Positions 18,412 through 26,707 of a stretch of 32,000 nt of DNA are shown here, piece after piece. Numbering within the stretch: the first letter of the stretch is position 1; each line of letters opens with the position of its first letter. Both the position numbers and the translations under genes were made by a program. This DNA comes from an uncultured Clostridia bacterium (lineage in GTDB: Bacteria > Bacillota > Clostridia > Christensenellales > Aristaeellaceae), in NCBI GenBank assembly GCA_937886445.1, contig CALGBY010000022.1, positions 15,845 through 47,844 of the forward strand, read 5' to 3'. The notes under the pieces were generated by a model. It worked only from the letters and a program-made list of their open reading frames with translations, was not told where the DNA came from and did no database searches.

Positions 18412-19446
18412 ATGAATATTTTGGTTACCGGTGGTGCAGGATATATCGGCTCTCATACAATAGTGGAACTGATAAGCGCCGGACACGCTGTTGTGGTGGT
18501 TGATAATCTTGCTAATTCTTCAAAAGAATCGATCAGCAGAGTGGAAAAGATCACCGGTGAGCACATCCCTTTTTATCAGGTGGATATACGTGATAGAAAT
18601 GGTCTGGAGGGTGTATTTGCCCGGCATCACTTTGACTGCTGTATCCATTTTGCGGGGTTGAAGGCGGTAGGCGAATCCGTTGTTACGCCGTGGGAATACT
18701 ATGAAAATAATATCAATGGAACGCTTGTGCTGCTTGATGTAATGAGAAAGCACGGGTGTAAAAACATCATTTTCAGTTCATCTGCTACGGTTTACGGTGA
18801 TCCTGTGCTGATACCCATAATGGAAGAATGCCCAAAGGGCAAATGTACAAATCCGTACGGCTGGACAAAGTGGATGATAGAGCAGATCCTCATGGATATG
18901 CACACAGCGGATATAAAGAAAATGGATGCCCATCCGTGGAACATTGTGCTGCTTCGCTACTTTAATCCCATTGGTGCTCATGCATCCGGGCTGATAGGCG
19001 AAGACCCGAATGGCATTCCGCAAAACATAATGCCGTATATCACGCAGGTGGCAGTGGGAAAGCTGGAAAAGCTGCATGTATTTGGAAATGATTATGATAC
19101 TCCTGATGGCACAGGCGTTCGTGACTATATTCACGTTGTAGATCTTGCCCGGGGGCATGTGGCAGCCCTGAAGGCGATAGAAGCAAACTGCGGTGTGGAG
19201 ATATTCAACCTGGGAACCGGAAAAGGATACAGCGTGCTTGAAGTGGTACACGCATTTGAAAAGGCGACCGGTATGAAAGTGCCATATGTGATAGATGCAA
19301 GACGCGCAGGAGATATCGGGACCTGCTACTCGGCACCCGGTAAGGCAATGCATTATCTGGGATGGAAAGCAGAGTATGGCATAGAGGATATGTGCCGGGA
19401 TAGCTGGAACTGGCAAAGGAATAACCCGAACGGGTATAGGAAATAA
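18412..19446 (+). CDS. galE: UDP-glucose 4-epimerase
   Basis: MNILVTGGAGYIGSHT, the YxxxK context (NPYGWTKWMIEQIL) and the RDYIHVVDLA motif. 344 aa. Confidence 0.9.
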   Translation: MNILVTGGAGYIGSHTIVELISAGHAVVVVDNLANSSKESISRVEKITGEHIPFYQVDIRDRNGLEGVFARHHFDCCIHFAGLKAVGESVVTPWEYYENNINGTLVLLDVMRKHGCKNIIFSSSATVYGDPVLIPIMEECPKGKCTNPYGWTKWMIEQILMDMHTADIKKMDAHPWNIVLLRYFNPIGAHASGLIGEDPNGIPQNIMPYITQVAVGKLEKLHVFGNDYDTPDGTGVRDYIHVVDLARGHVAALKAIEANCGVEIFNLGTGKGYSVLEVVHAFEKATGMKVPYVIDARRAGDIGTCYSAPGKAMHYLGWKAEYGIEDMCRDSWNWQRNNPNGYRK

Positions 19447-19456
19447 ACCAACTGTG

Positions 19457-19577
19457 TGATCCCCGGATGGATGCACAGTATCATTGACCTGAGCGATACG
19501 GAGGATCCGGTGACGGTGATGACCTGCAGAGAGATGATTGATCCTGGCTATCCGGATACCTTTGGAGAGCCGGTATG
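19457..19577 (+). pseudogene. fnlB: Diverged duplicate of the last ~40 codons of fnlB (relic)
   Basis: Hand alignment of 19457-19579 against 18077-18199 is gap-free with 18 mismatches in 123 nt (~85% identity). It translates IPGWMHSIIDLSDTEDPVTVMTCREMIDPGYPDTFGEPV*, compared with IPGWTHNIINLSDTEDLVTVMTCNEIFDPAHPDTFGEPV*. There is no upstream coding continuation. Confidence 0.85.
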
Positions 19578-19641
19578 ATCACAAAGGAAACAAAGTAATT
19601 TCTGTACTGATCTGCAAATGCTGCGGAGATTGGAGGAGCAT

Positions 19642-20043
19642 ATGATGCGGCCTGAAACGCAGGAAATGAAACTGCGCATATGGGAAGAACGGGTGATCGA
19701 TTGCCGCAGCAGCGGTAAAAGCGTGAGAAACTGGTGCAAGGAGCACAATATTGACTATTCCACCTATTTCAGATGGGAAAAGCAGGTACTGGAAACAAGC
19801 ATGTCCAAAGCCGGCAATAAGGTGGCGTTTTTGGAGCAGGCATTAAGCAAGAAACAGAATGAAGCTGCAAAGATACTGGATGACACTATTGGTTCACCAG
19901 AAGGTGCGGATGATAAAAAAGAACATATGGTGAGCTTCCGCGCGAATGATATGGTGTTTTCGGTGCCAGAAAACGTGCCTACAGCATTTTTGACAAGATT
20001 ACTGGAGGCTGCTTCACAGGCAGACAGGCACACGGCCAAATGA
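19642..20043 (+). CDS. IS66-family TnpA (Orf1)-like HTH accessory protein, orphan
   Basis: GGAGGAG RBS at 19632-19638. N-terminal pattern ...CRSSGKSVRNWCKEHNIDYSTYFRWEKQV (HTH) and C-terminal ...MVSFRANDMVFSVPENVPTAFLTRLLEA, both typical of IS66 Orf1. No tnpB or tnpC follows. The stop overlaps the VanZ start (ATGA). Confidence 0.65.
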   Translation: MMRPETQEMKLRIWEERVIDCRSSGKSVRNWCKEHNIDYSTYFRWEKQVLETSMSKAGNKVAFLEQALSKKQNEAAKILDDTIGSPEGADDKKEHMVSFRANDMVFSVPENVPTAFLTRLLEAASQADRHTAK

Positions 20044-20522
20044 GGAAATGCATTGCCTTTATATTGCTGATTTGCTGCGCGGTATGCATATTGCTGTTTT
20101 CTATGCAGAACGCGGAAAAATCGGGCATAACATCCGGCAATGTAAGCAGGATCATCGCGAGAGTGATCACCCGCGGCTTTGATGAGCTATCCGCGCCGGA
20201 GCAGCAGCGGAGAATAGATGAGATCAACCCGTATGTGCGAAAAATGGCGCATTTTTGCGAGTTTGCACTGTTTGGCGCGTTGGCGGTGCTTTGCTTTTTC
20301 AAGGCGGAGCGCAGAAAAAGATCGCTGATCATCTCGCTGTGCGCGGGGGCGTTGCTGGCGGTATGCGATGAAACGCTGCAAACGAGTGTACCCGGCAGAT
20401 ATGGCAGCCCGGTGGATATGCTGATAGATACAGCCGGGGTGACCGCCGGAGCAATGCTGATCTGGATAGCCCTGAACCGTTCAAGCAAAAAAGGATCTAC
20501 CCCCTGCAAAGAAAAAGATTGA
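20040..20522 (+). CDS. VanZ-like family membrane protein
   Basis: 160 aa with 4 TM helices. Motifs FSMQNAEKSG..S, RKMAHFCEFALFGAL and DETLQ..VPGR.GS..D.LID..G are typical of VanZ-like proteins. Confidence 0.8.
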   Translation: MRKCIAFILLICCAVCILLFSMQNAEKSGITSGNVSRIIARVITRGFDELSAPEQQRRIDEINPYVRKMAHFCEFALFGALAVLCFFKAERRKRSLIISLCAGALLAVCDETLQTSVPGRYGSPVDMLIDTAGVTAGAMLIWIALNRSSKKGSTPCKEKD

Positions 20523-20533
20523 GGTGCAGCATT

Positions 20534-23500
20534 ATGCCATCATATGTATGTGACATTTGCGGAAAAAAGTTTCTCGATTTATCAGGCAGCGGCGAGGTGG
20601 TATGCCCGCATTGCGGATACCTTGTGCAGGCTGTGCAAAAGGCCGCTGATGAAGAGAATCAGGCTGGAAAGATAGATATGGTGCTAAAGGGCACCCATAA
20701 GGATGAAGCCGATGCCGTGAGCAGCACCGGTAAGCTTGACCTGAAAAAGAATGACGCGGCCGGGCAAAAGGATGAGAAAGACGTGCAGGAAAGCGCACGT
20801 CTTGATTTGCATAAAAGCGTTGTAACTGAAGCGGATAATGCAGCGATAAATTCTGCCGCGGCGCTTATGAACGCCGGAAAGAAGAAGCTGGAAAACGAAT
20901 ACGAAGAGGAAGAAAAGGCCGAGCTGAAAAAGAAGAAAAGGCGTAAGAAGGTTGTTGTGGCTGCCTGCAGTGTGCTTGCGGCAGGCGCTGTTGCGGCGGC
21001 CGGGCTTGCGATAACGAATAAGAAACGCAACAGATCACCGCAGCAGACGCGCTACGCGCAGGCCATTGAAAACTGCGGAAACGGAAAATACGATGACGCC
21101 ATACAGGAACTGGAAGCGCTGGAAAACGAACAGTATGCCGATGCGGGCTATCAGCTGGAACGTGCCCGCTACCTGAAAGCGCTGGAAATGCTGAAGAGCG
21201 GCCGGTACAGCGAGGCAATAGAACTGCTGGATACGGTAAAAACCTATACCGATGTTACGGAAAAACGCAATAAAGCTGTGTATGGCAAGGCGCTTGAGAT
21301 GGCAGAGCAAGGCGACCGTAAGGGCGCGATCAGCCTGATGGACAGCCTTGGAGAATGGCAGGACGCCGCGGTGCAGAAGGAACGCATCACGCTGGAGGAA
21401 GCGGATGCCTGCATAGCAAGCGGCAGGTATGATGACGCGGCAGCCTTGCTTGACGCGCTGGTGGATAGAGAAATTGCCGCTGAACGGATGAACGCGCTTA
21501 CCTATGCCAGGGCGGACACGGCGCATGAGGAAGGGCGCTGTGCCGAAGCGGCGGAGCTGTACCGCGGCCTGGCCGACTACAGCGATGCTGAGCAGAAGCT
21601 GCACCGCTGCGCGGGAGATAAGCTGTATGCGGAGGGCAGCCTCGCGGAAGCCTACGGCGAATATATGGCAGCGGGTGAAGCGTATTTCACGCGCGCGAAG
21701 GATTACGCGCAGAAGTATACCGAGGCGTGGATGCTGCGTGATAACGAAAAATATATCGACGCGGCAGAGCAGTTTATACGGCTGGGTGCGTATGCGGATA
21801 GCCACAGCCAGGCGGAAGAATGCCGCATTCTTGCCGCGCGGGAGGCGATAGCCGCCTATGACGCGGATAAAGCATACAGCTATCTGGAAGGCATAGAAAG
21901 CGCGGAAGCGGTAAGCATCCGTACGCAGATAGAGAGCTATCGCCATGCCGGTGAATACGCGGAGAAAGGCGATATGCTGAACGCGGCAAATGAGTATACC
22001 GCGCTGAACGGCTTTTGCGACGCGGATGCGAGAGCGGATGAGTGCTATGCCGCTGTGTGCGCGGAGGCAGATAAGCTGCGCGATACAGGCGATATAGCCG
22101 GGGCATATGAGGTGTATTGCACTTTGCCTGAAGGCAAAGACGGAGGAAAGGCTGCCGCAACAGATGCCGCATACAGCAGGGCGGAACAGCTGTTTGCCGC
22201 GGGCGATTATGAAGGCGCGCGGCAGGAATATACCGCGCTTGGAAATTTCAAAAACTGCACAGAACAGCTGACCGCGTGCTGTTTGAACATTGCCGCGCGG
22301 TATGCTGAGGCAGGAGAATGGACAAAGGCGGAGGCGGAGTATGTGAAGGCATCCGCCTATACCGATGTATCCGCGTATATGGATGAGCTGCCGATGAACA
22401 AGGCCGAAAAGGTAAGAGCAGAGGGCAGATTGACTGAAGCGCTTGAATACTATCTGCAGGCTGAACGCACCAAAGAGAATAAAGAGAAAATATACACGCT
22501 TGCGCAGGAACTGGACGCGGCGGGAAACAGCGAAGCGGCGCTCAGGGCCTACAGCGCTGTAAAGGGCTACAGAAACAGCGATGACGCGATAAACGCCATA
22601 CTGTACGCGAATGCGGAAAAGCAGTATTCAAAGGGGCAGTATGACGAGGCAAAGGCAGGATACATTGCGCTGGCGGGCTATAAAGACAGCGCGGAACGGG
22701 CTGAAGACTGCGATGCAGCGAAGGCGGGCGAACTGATCGCACAGGGAGATATCGAGGCCGCGGAAGGCATACTGCTTGCGATGAGCGACCGGGAGAAGGC
22801 AGCAGAAATGCTGAATGAATGCGCGTACCTGAGAGCAGAGGCGCTGTTTGCCGAAGGCAGGCATGCGGAAGCAAAGCAAGCTTACGCAGCGCTTGGAAAT
22901 TATAAAAACAGCGCTGAAAGGATCAACGCCTGTGACAGAGCCCTGATGGGCGCGGAGTATGATGCTGCCCGGGAGCTTTTGACAAATGGCGATACAGAAG
23001 GCGCGAGACAGGCCTTTTCCGCTTTGCAGGGTAGGATGGATGTGAGCGCGGAGCTTACGGAATGCGACTATGCTGATGCTTCCGCGCTGCTTGCATCAGG
23101 GGATCTCGCAGGCGCGAAAGTGGCTTTTGAAGCACTGGGCGATTATAAGGACAGTGCGGAAAAAGCGGCTGAGTGCGGGCAGATCATGCTGAATGAGGAA
23201 TATGCCGCGGCAAAGGAATTGCTTGAAAACGGTGATATTGAAGCGGCAAGGAAGGCCTTTGGCGCCTTGCAGGGCAGGATGGTTGTGAGCCGGGAGCTTG
23301 CGGAATGCGACTATATGGATGCTTCCGCGTTGTTTGCATCAGGTGATCACGCGGGCGCGAAGGCGGCTTTTGAAGCATTGGGCGATTATAAGGACAGCAA
23401 GAGCATGGTGGATGCCTGTATTGAAGAAATGACGGGTGATCAGTACCGCAATGCAATGCGCCTGATGGAAAAGGAAAATTATTTTGACGCGGAGGTGCTG

Positions 23501-25138
23501 CTAAAGAGCATCAGCAATATAAGATGCGTGGACAGCGAAATAGCGCAGTGCAGATATCTGCGTGCTGAAAAGTATTTTGAAAAGGGTAAGTACAGCGATG
23601 CCGAAGCGCTGTACGCACAGATGGAAGGATATGAAAACAGCAGTGAGCGCCTGACAGAGTGCAGAATAAAAATGGCCGAAATGAAAGCGGATGACGCGCG
23701 GCAACTGATGGAAAAGGGCAATACTGAGGAGGCCAGACAGCTGCTTTGGAGCATTGCGGACAGGATAGATATAAGCGCAGATATGGCGGAATGCACCTAT
23801 ATCGACGCGAAAAAGTGCTTTGACGACGGGGATATCGATCGGGCGGAGGCACTTGCCGAAGAAAGCGGAAACGCGAATGCGCTGCTGCTGATAACAGAAT
23901 GCAGAAAAACACGCGCGCGGAGATTTGCTGAAGCGGGTGACGCAGAGGGTGAGCTGAACTGCTGGCTTTCGCTGTGCACATACACTGAGGCGGAAAATGC
24001 GCTGCTTGCACGCGCCGGTGAATATGAAAATGACGGGAACACCGGATATGCCGCGGCCTTGCTTGCCGGAATGAAGGGCAGCGAAAAGGCCGCGGAGACA
24101 CTGTATGCTATGGCGGAAAACGAGTACAGCAACGGTAACGCGGATATGGCGTTTGCTCTGCACAGCATCAACGCGGAATATGAGCCTTCACAGCAGCGAA
24201 TGCTGCAGCTTGTTGACAGTACAGACAGCGTATCTGTGTATAGTGCCGCAGAAAAAATCGGATCAGACGGCGACAGAGCGGCAAAGCTGTTTTCGGAATG
24301 CTATACGAAAGCAGCAGAACAGAGATTCAGCGATGCCATGCAGCTGATGGACAGTGGAAAATATGCTGAAGCGATAGCCATTTTGGAAAATGTGGAAGAT
24401 ATTGCGGAAGCAAAAGAGAAACTGAATGAATGCAAACTGATGCAAGCCAGACAGCTGCTGAGCGATGAAAAATATCTGCAGGCATATAAACTGCTGAAGG
24501 AACTGGGAGATTTCGGAGACGCTTATGAAATGATCTGCCGGGACGACAGGCTGCTCTATCTTGATAACCGCGTGCTGAAGGCTGATTTACTGAGGAACGT
24601 AGGGGATACGGTGCTGTTTGGTAGATATGTGTATGACGGCATTGATGAGAATGACGCGGAGCCTGTGCAGTGGATTGTGATGAGCAACGACGGGGAAAAG
24701 GCGGTACTGATAGCGAAACAGACGGTCGAAATGCTTCCGTTTGACGAGAAAGGACGTAACGACTGGGAGAGAAGTACGATTCGGGAATGGCTGAATGGCG
24801 AATTTATCCGCAGCACATTCAATGATGATGAGCAGTTGCTTCTGCTGGCTGATGATAATGAGGACTTTGTATCGATACCTGCAAGAATCGAAGCAATAAG
24901 CTGGCTTGAAGGAAATGGAATGATGGCATGCGTTCCTTCCGGGCATGTGATGATGCAGTATGAGCCTTTCGGTTATGTTGAAGGCATCAGTAACTGGTGG
25001 CTGAAAGACGCGGGCTATACGGATAAACGTGTTGTGACTGTGAACGCGCAGGGAAGGATCTATGAATACGGCAATGCCGCAGACGCGGAGTGGGTTGCTG
25101 TGAGACCTGTGATATGTGTGAAGGTCACACAGAAATAA
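20534..25138 (+). CDS. Giant membrane protein: N-terminal zinc ribbon, single TM, about 30 TPR-like repeats, C-terminal DUF6273-like domain
   Basis: ATG 20534 lies 7 nt after GAGGTG; the ORF-track TTG at 20519 is less likely. CDIC...CPHC forms a zinc ribbon. A KKKKRRKK stretch precedes the TM helix VVVAACSVLAAGAVAAAGLAI. Degenerate 32-41-aa repeats then follow with the form (G/N)G(D/N)x(E/D)xAxxxFxxLG(D/N)YK(D/N)Sxxxxx(E/A)C. The C-terminus, GDTVLFGRY...PVQWIVM......WERSTIREWLN..F....F......WWLKD......VRPVICV, matches the DUF6273 pattern. Confidence 0.85.
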   Translation: MPSYVCDICGKKFLDLSGSGEVVCPHCGYLVQAVQKAADEENQAGKIDMVLKGTHKDEADAVSSTGKLDLKKNDAAGQKDEKDVQESARLDLHKSVVTEADNAAINSAAALMNAGKKKLENEYEEEEKAELKKKKRRKKVVVAACSVLAAGAVAAAGLAITNKKRNRSPQQTRYAQAIENCGNGKYDDAIQELEALENEQYADAGYQLERARYLKALEMLKSGRYSEAIELLDTVKTYTDVTEKRNKAVYGKALEMAEQGDRKGAISLMDSLGEWQDAAVQKERITLEEADACIASGRYDDAAALLDALVDREIAAERMNALTYARADTAHEEGRCAEAAELYRGLADYSDAEQKLHRCAGDKLYAEGSLAEAYGEYMAAGEAYFTRAKDYAQKYTEAWMLRDNEKYIDAAEQFIRLGAYADSHSQAEECRILAAREAIAAYDADKAYSYLEGIESAEAVSIRTQIESYRHAGEYAEKGDMLNAANEYTALNGFCDADARADECYAAVCAEADKLRDTGDIAGAYEVYCTLPEGKDGGKAAATDAAYSRAEQLFAAGDYEGARQEYTALGNFKNCTEQLTACCLNIAARYAEAGEWTKAEAEYVKASAYTDVSAYMDELPMNKAEKVRAEGRLTEALEYYLQAERTKENKEKIYTLAQELDAAGNSEAALRAYSAVKGYRNSDDAINAILYANAEKQYSKGQYDEAKAGYIALAGYKDSAERAEDCDAAKAGELIAQGDIEAAEGILLAMSDREKAAEMLNECAYLRAEALFAEGRHAEAKQAYAALGNYKNSAERINACDRALMGAEYDAARELLTNGDTEGARQAFSALQGRMDVSAELTECDYADASALLASGDLAGAKVAFEALGDYKDSAEKAAECGQIMLNEEYAAAKELLENGDIEAARKAFGALQGRMVVSRELAECDYMDASALFASGDHAGAKAAFEALGDYKDSKSMVDACIEEMTGDQYRNAMRLMEKENYFDAEVLLKSISNIRCVDSEIAQCRYLRAEKYFEKGKYSDAEALYAQMEGYENSSERLTECRIKMAEMKADDARQLMEKGNTEEARQLLWSIADRIDISADMAECTYIDAKKCFDDGDIDRAEALAEESGNANALLLITECRKTRARRFAEAGDAEGELNCWLSLCTYTEAENALLARAGEYENDGNTGYAAALLAGMKGSEKAAETLYAMAENEYSNGNADMAFALHSINAEYEPSQQRMLQLVDSTDSVSVYSAAEKIGSDGDRAAKLFSECYTKAAEQRFSDAMQLMDSGKYAEAIAILENVEDIAEAKEKLNECKLMQARQLLSDEKYLQAYKLLKELGDFGDAYEMICRDDRLLYLDNRVLKADLLRNVGDTVLFGRYVYDGIDENDAEPVQWIVMSNDGEKAVLIAKQTVEMLPFDEKGRNDWERSTIREWLNGEFIRSTFNDDEQLLLLADDNEDFVSIPARIEAISWLEGNGMMACVPSGHVMMQYEPFGYVEGISNWWLKDAGYTDKRVVTVNAQGRIYEYGNAADAEWVAVRPVICVKVTQK
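22931..23416 (+). repeat. Tandem duplication, 2 x 243 bp (2 x 81 codons), inside the giant gene
   Basis: Cys codons at 22931, 23174 and 23417 mark exact 243-bp periodicity. The units are 53/80 identical at protein level (about 80% in the central 67 residues) and are clearly more similar to each other than to neighbouring repeats. Confidence 0.85.
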
Positions 25139-25157
25139 TGATTTGGAGGGAGAATGT

Positions 25158-25484
25158 ATGACTGGAAAAGTGTGCGCTAAATGCGGAAGAAAGTATCTGT
25201 CATTTGACGATAATGACGGGAGCATATGTGAAGCATGTACAGCCAAAGCTGCTATGGCAGATTCCGGTACCGAATCCGAAAAAGAAGGACAGCAGAATGC
25301 GCAGTCACATAATGTGGAAACGCATTTTATCAAGTTTGAAGACGCATACGCGAGTGAAATGCGCGAAGACAGAAAACGGGAAAGAAAGATGAAAAGGGCA
25401 CAGATCTTTTTCGTGATCATTGTAATTGTGATAATAGCATTGATTGTTATGTTGGAACGGTCTCTCACAGGTACTGTGGAGTAA
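25158..25484 (+). CDS. Small zinc-ribbon, C-terminally membrane-anchored protein
   Basis: GGAGGGAG RBS before ATG 25158. CAKCG...CEAC forms a zinc ribbon. An acidic/polar linker and a basic stretch RKRERKMKR precede the TM helix IFFVIIVIVIIALIVML. It has the same topology as the N-terminus of the upstream giant protein. Confidence 0.6.
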   Translation: MTGKVCAKCGRKYLSFDDNDGSICEACTAKAAMADSGTESEKEGQQNAQSHNVETHFIKFEDAYASEMREDRKRERKMKRAQIFFVIIVIVIIALIVMLERSLTGTVE

Positions 25485-25500
25485 ACGCAGGAGGTTTGTC

Positions 25501-26625
25501 ATGCTTAAAAGGCATATGCGCTTTTTTGATGTATGCTGTGTATGCATATTGATTTTCAGCCTGACCGGAGTACAGGCGGAATCGGATAAATATGCGGATC
25601 CACAAAGGAAGATCGTGCTCTCTTTTATTGGCGACTGCAATTATGGCGACGTGTATTACAGAATGGATGAAAGCGATTCACTGAAGAATGTGATATCCGA
25701 GCACGGTGATGAATGGCTGTTTTCCGGGGTGAAAGATATTTTTCTTGATGATGACGCAACATTTATGAATCTGGAAGCAATATGGACGGACAGAACATAT
25801 CAAATGGCGTCAAAAAACAACAATATTATTGGCAGCAAAACCTATGTAAATCAATTGATCAAAAACGGTATTGACGCTGTAAATACGGCAACAAATCATT
25901 GTATGGACTTTGGTCAGATCGGGTATGATGATATGATGGATGTACTGGATCAGGCCGGAATCACTCACTTTGGCACAATAACAGGAAAAACAGATATACT
26001 TGCCGTGTACGAAACAAAGGGTATCAGGATAGGCGCGCTGGGCTACTCTTTGCCGCAGGATTACGATATACCCAAAATTCGCGGGAGAATCAGGCAGCTG
26101 AGAGAAATGGGATGTGACCTTGTGATCGTGAGTCTGCATTGGGGTACCCAGGCAAAAAACGGTGATATGAAAGCTACAGCCCTTGAAAGCTGGCAAACCG
26201 GGTATGCAAAAGAAGTGATCGATGCCGGCGCAGATGTGATATGGGGACACCATCCCGGTGTGCTGCAGCCGATCATGATCTATAAAGGAAAACCTGTGTT
26301 TTTCAGCACCGGAACTTTTGTTTCCGGCATCATGACAGATGTGATCCGCTATACAGGGGTATTTCAGCTACAATATGTGACGGATGAAAATGGCGCGCCT
26401 GTGCTGGAATCGCTGCAGGTGATCCCGTGTATAACAGGTGAACGGGGAGACTATCGGGTGTCTGTGCTGGAGGACGAAGCGGAAAGAGAAAACTGCTTAA
26501 GCATGTTGATAGGGAAAAAAGATATTGCCGAAATGCAAAACCTTCCTGATGAGTTTATTACAGACGGTAACTTTTTGTTCAATTTTATGTCCAATAACGA
26601 AGAAAACATAATAACCGAAGACTGA
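25501..26625 (+). CDS. CapA/PGA_cap family (metallophosphatase-fold) exported protein
   Basis: AGGAGG RBS before ATG 25501. Signal peptide MLKRHMRFFDVCCVCILIFSLTGVQA. Motifs SFIGDCNY, NLE, ATNHCMDFG, VSLHWGT and WGHHPGVLQP are typical of CapA. Confidence 0.85.
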   Translation: MLKRHMRFFDVCCVCILIFSLTGVQAESDKYADPQRKIVLSFIGDCNYGDVYYRMDESDSLKNVISEHGDEWLFSGVKDIFLDDDATFMNLEAIWTDRTYQMASKNNNIIGSKTYVNQLIKNGIDAVNTATNHCMDFGQIGYDDMMDVLDQAGITHFGTITGKTDILAVYETKGIRIGALGYSLPQDYDIPKIRGRIRQLREMGCDLVIVSLHWGTQAKNGDMKATALESWQTGYAKEVIDAGADVIWGHHPGVLQPIMIYKGKPVFFSTGTFVSGIMTDVIRYTGVFQLQYVTDENGAPVLESLQVIPCITGERGDYRVSVLEDEAERENCLSMLIGKKDIAEMQNLPDEFITDGNFLFNFMSNNEENIITED

Positions 26626-26665
26626 CTGCATAAAAGCGGTGGTATGTGTTTTTGATATGAGAAAC

Positions 26666-26702
26666 GGGGCGGCTGCAGGATTTATGTTCCTGCAGCCGCC
26701 CC
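26666..26702. terminator. Bidirectional rho-independent terminator between convergent genes
   Basis: 14-bp GC-rich stem ggggcggctgcagg (26666-26679) / cctgcagccgcccc (26689-26702). It is flanked by an A-rich run upstream and ttattttt downstream. Confidence 0.7.
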
Positions 26703-26707
26703 GCGGC

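Noticed and set aside
19618-20043. An intact IS66 insertion sequence
   Set aside because: Only the tnpA-like gene is present. The next ORFs are VanZ-like and the giant repeat protein, not tnpB/tnpC, and I saw no terminal inverted repeats or target duplications.
20519-20533. TTG starts proposed by the ORF track for the giant gene (20519) and, similarly, the small zinc-ribbon gene (25143)
   Set aside because: In both cases a canonical ATG with a well-spaced GGAGG-type RBS lies 15 nt downstream (20534 and 25158). The TTG codons sit within or upstream of those RBSs.
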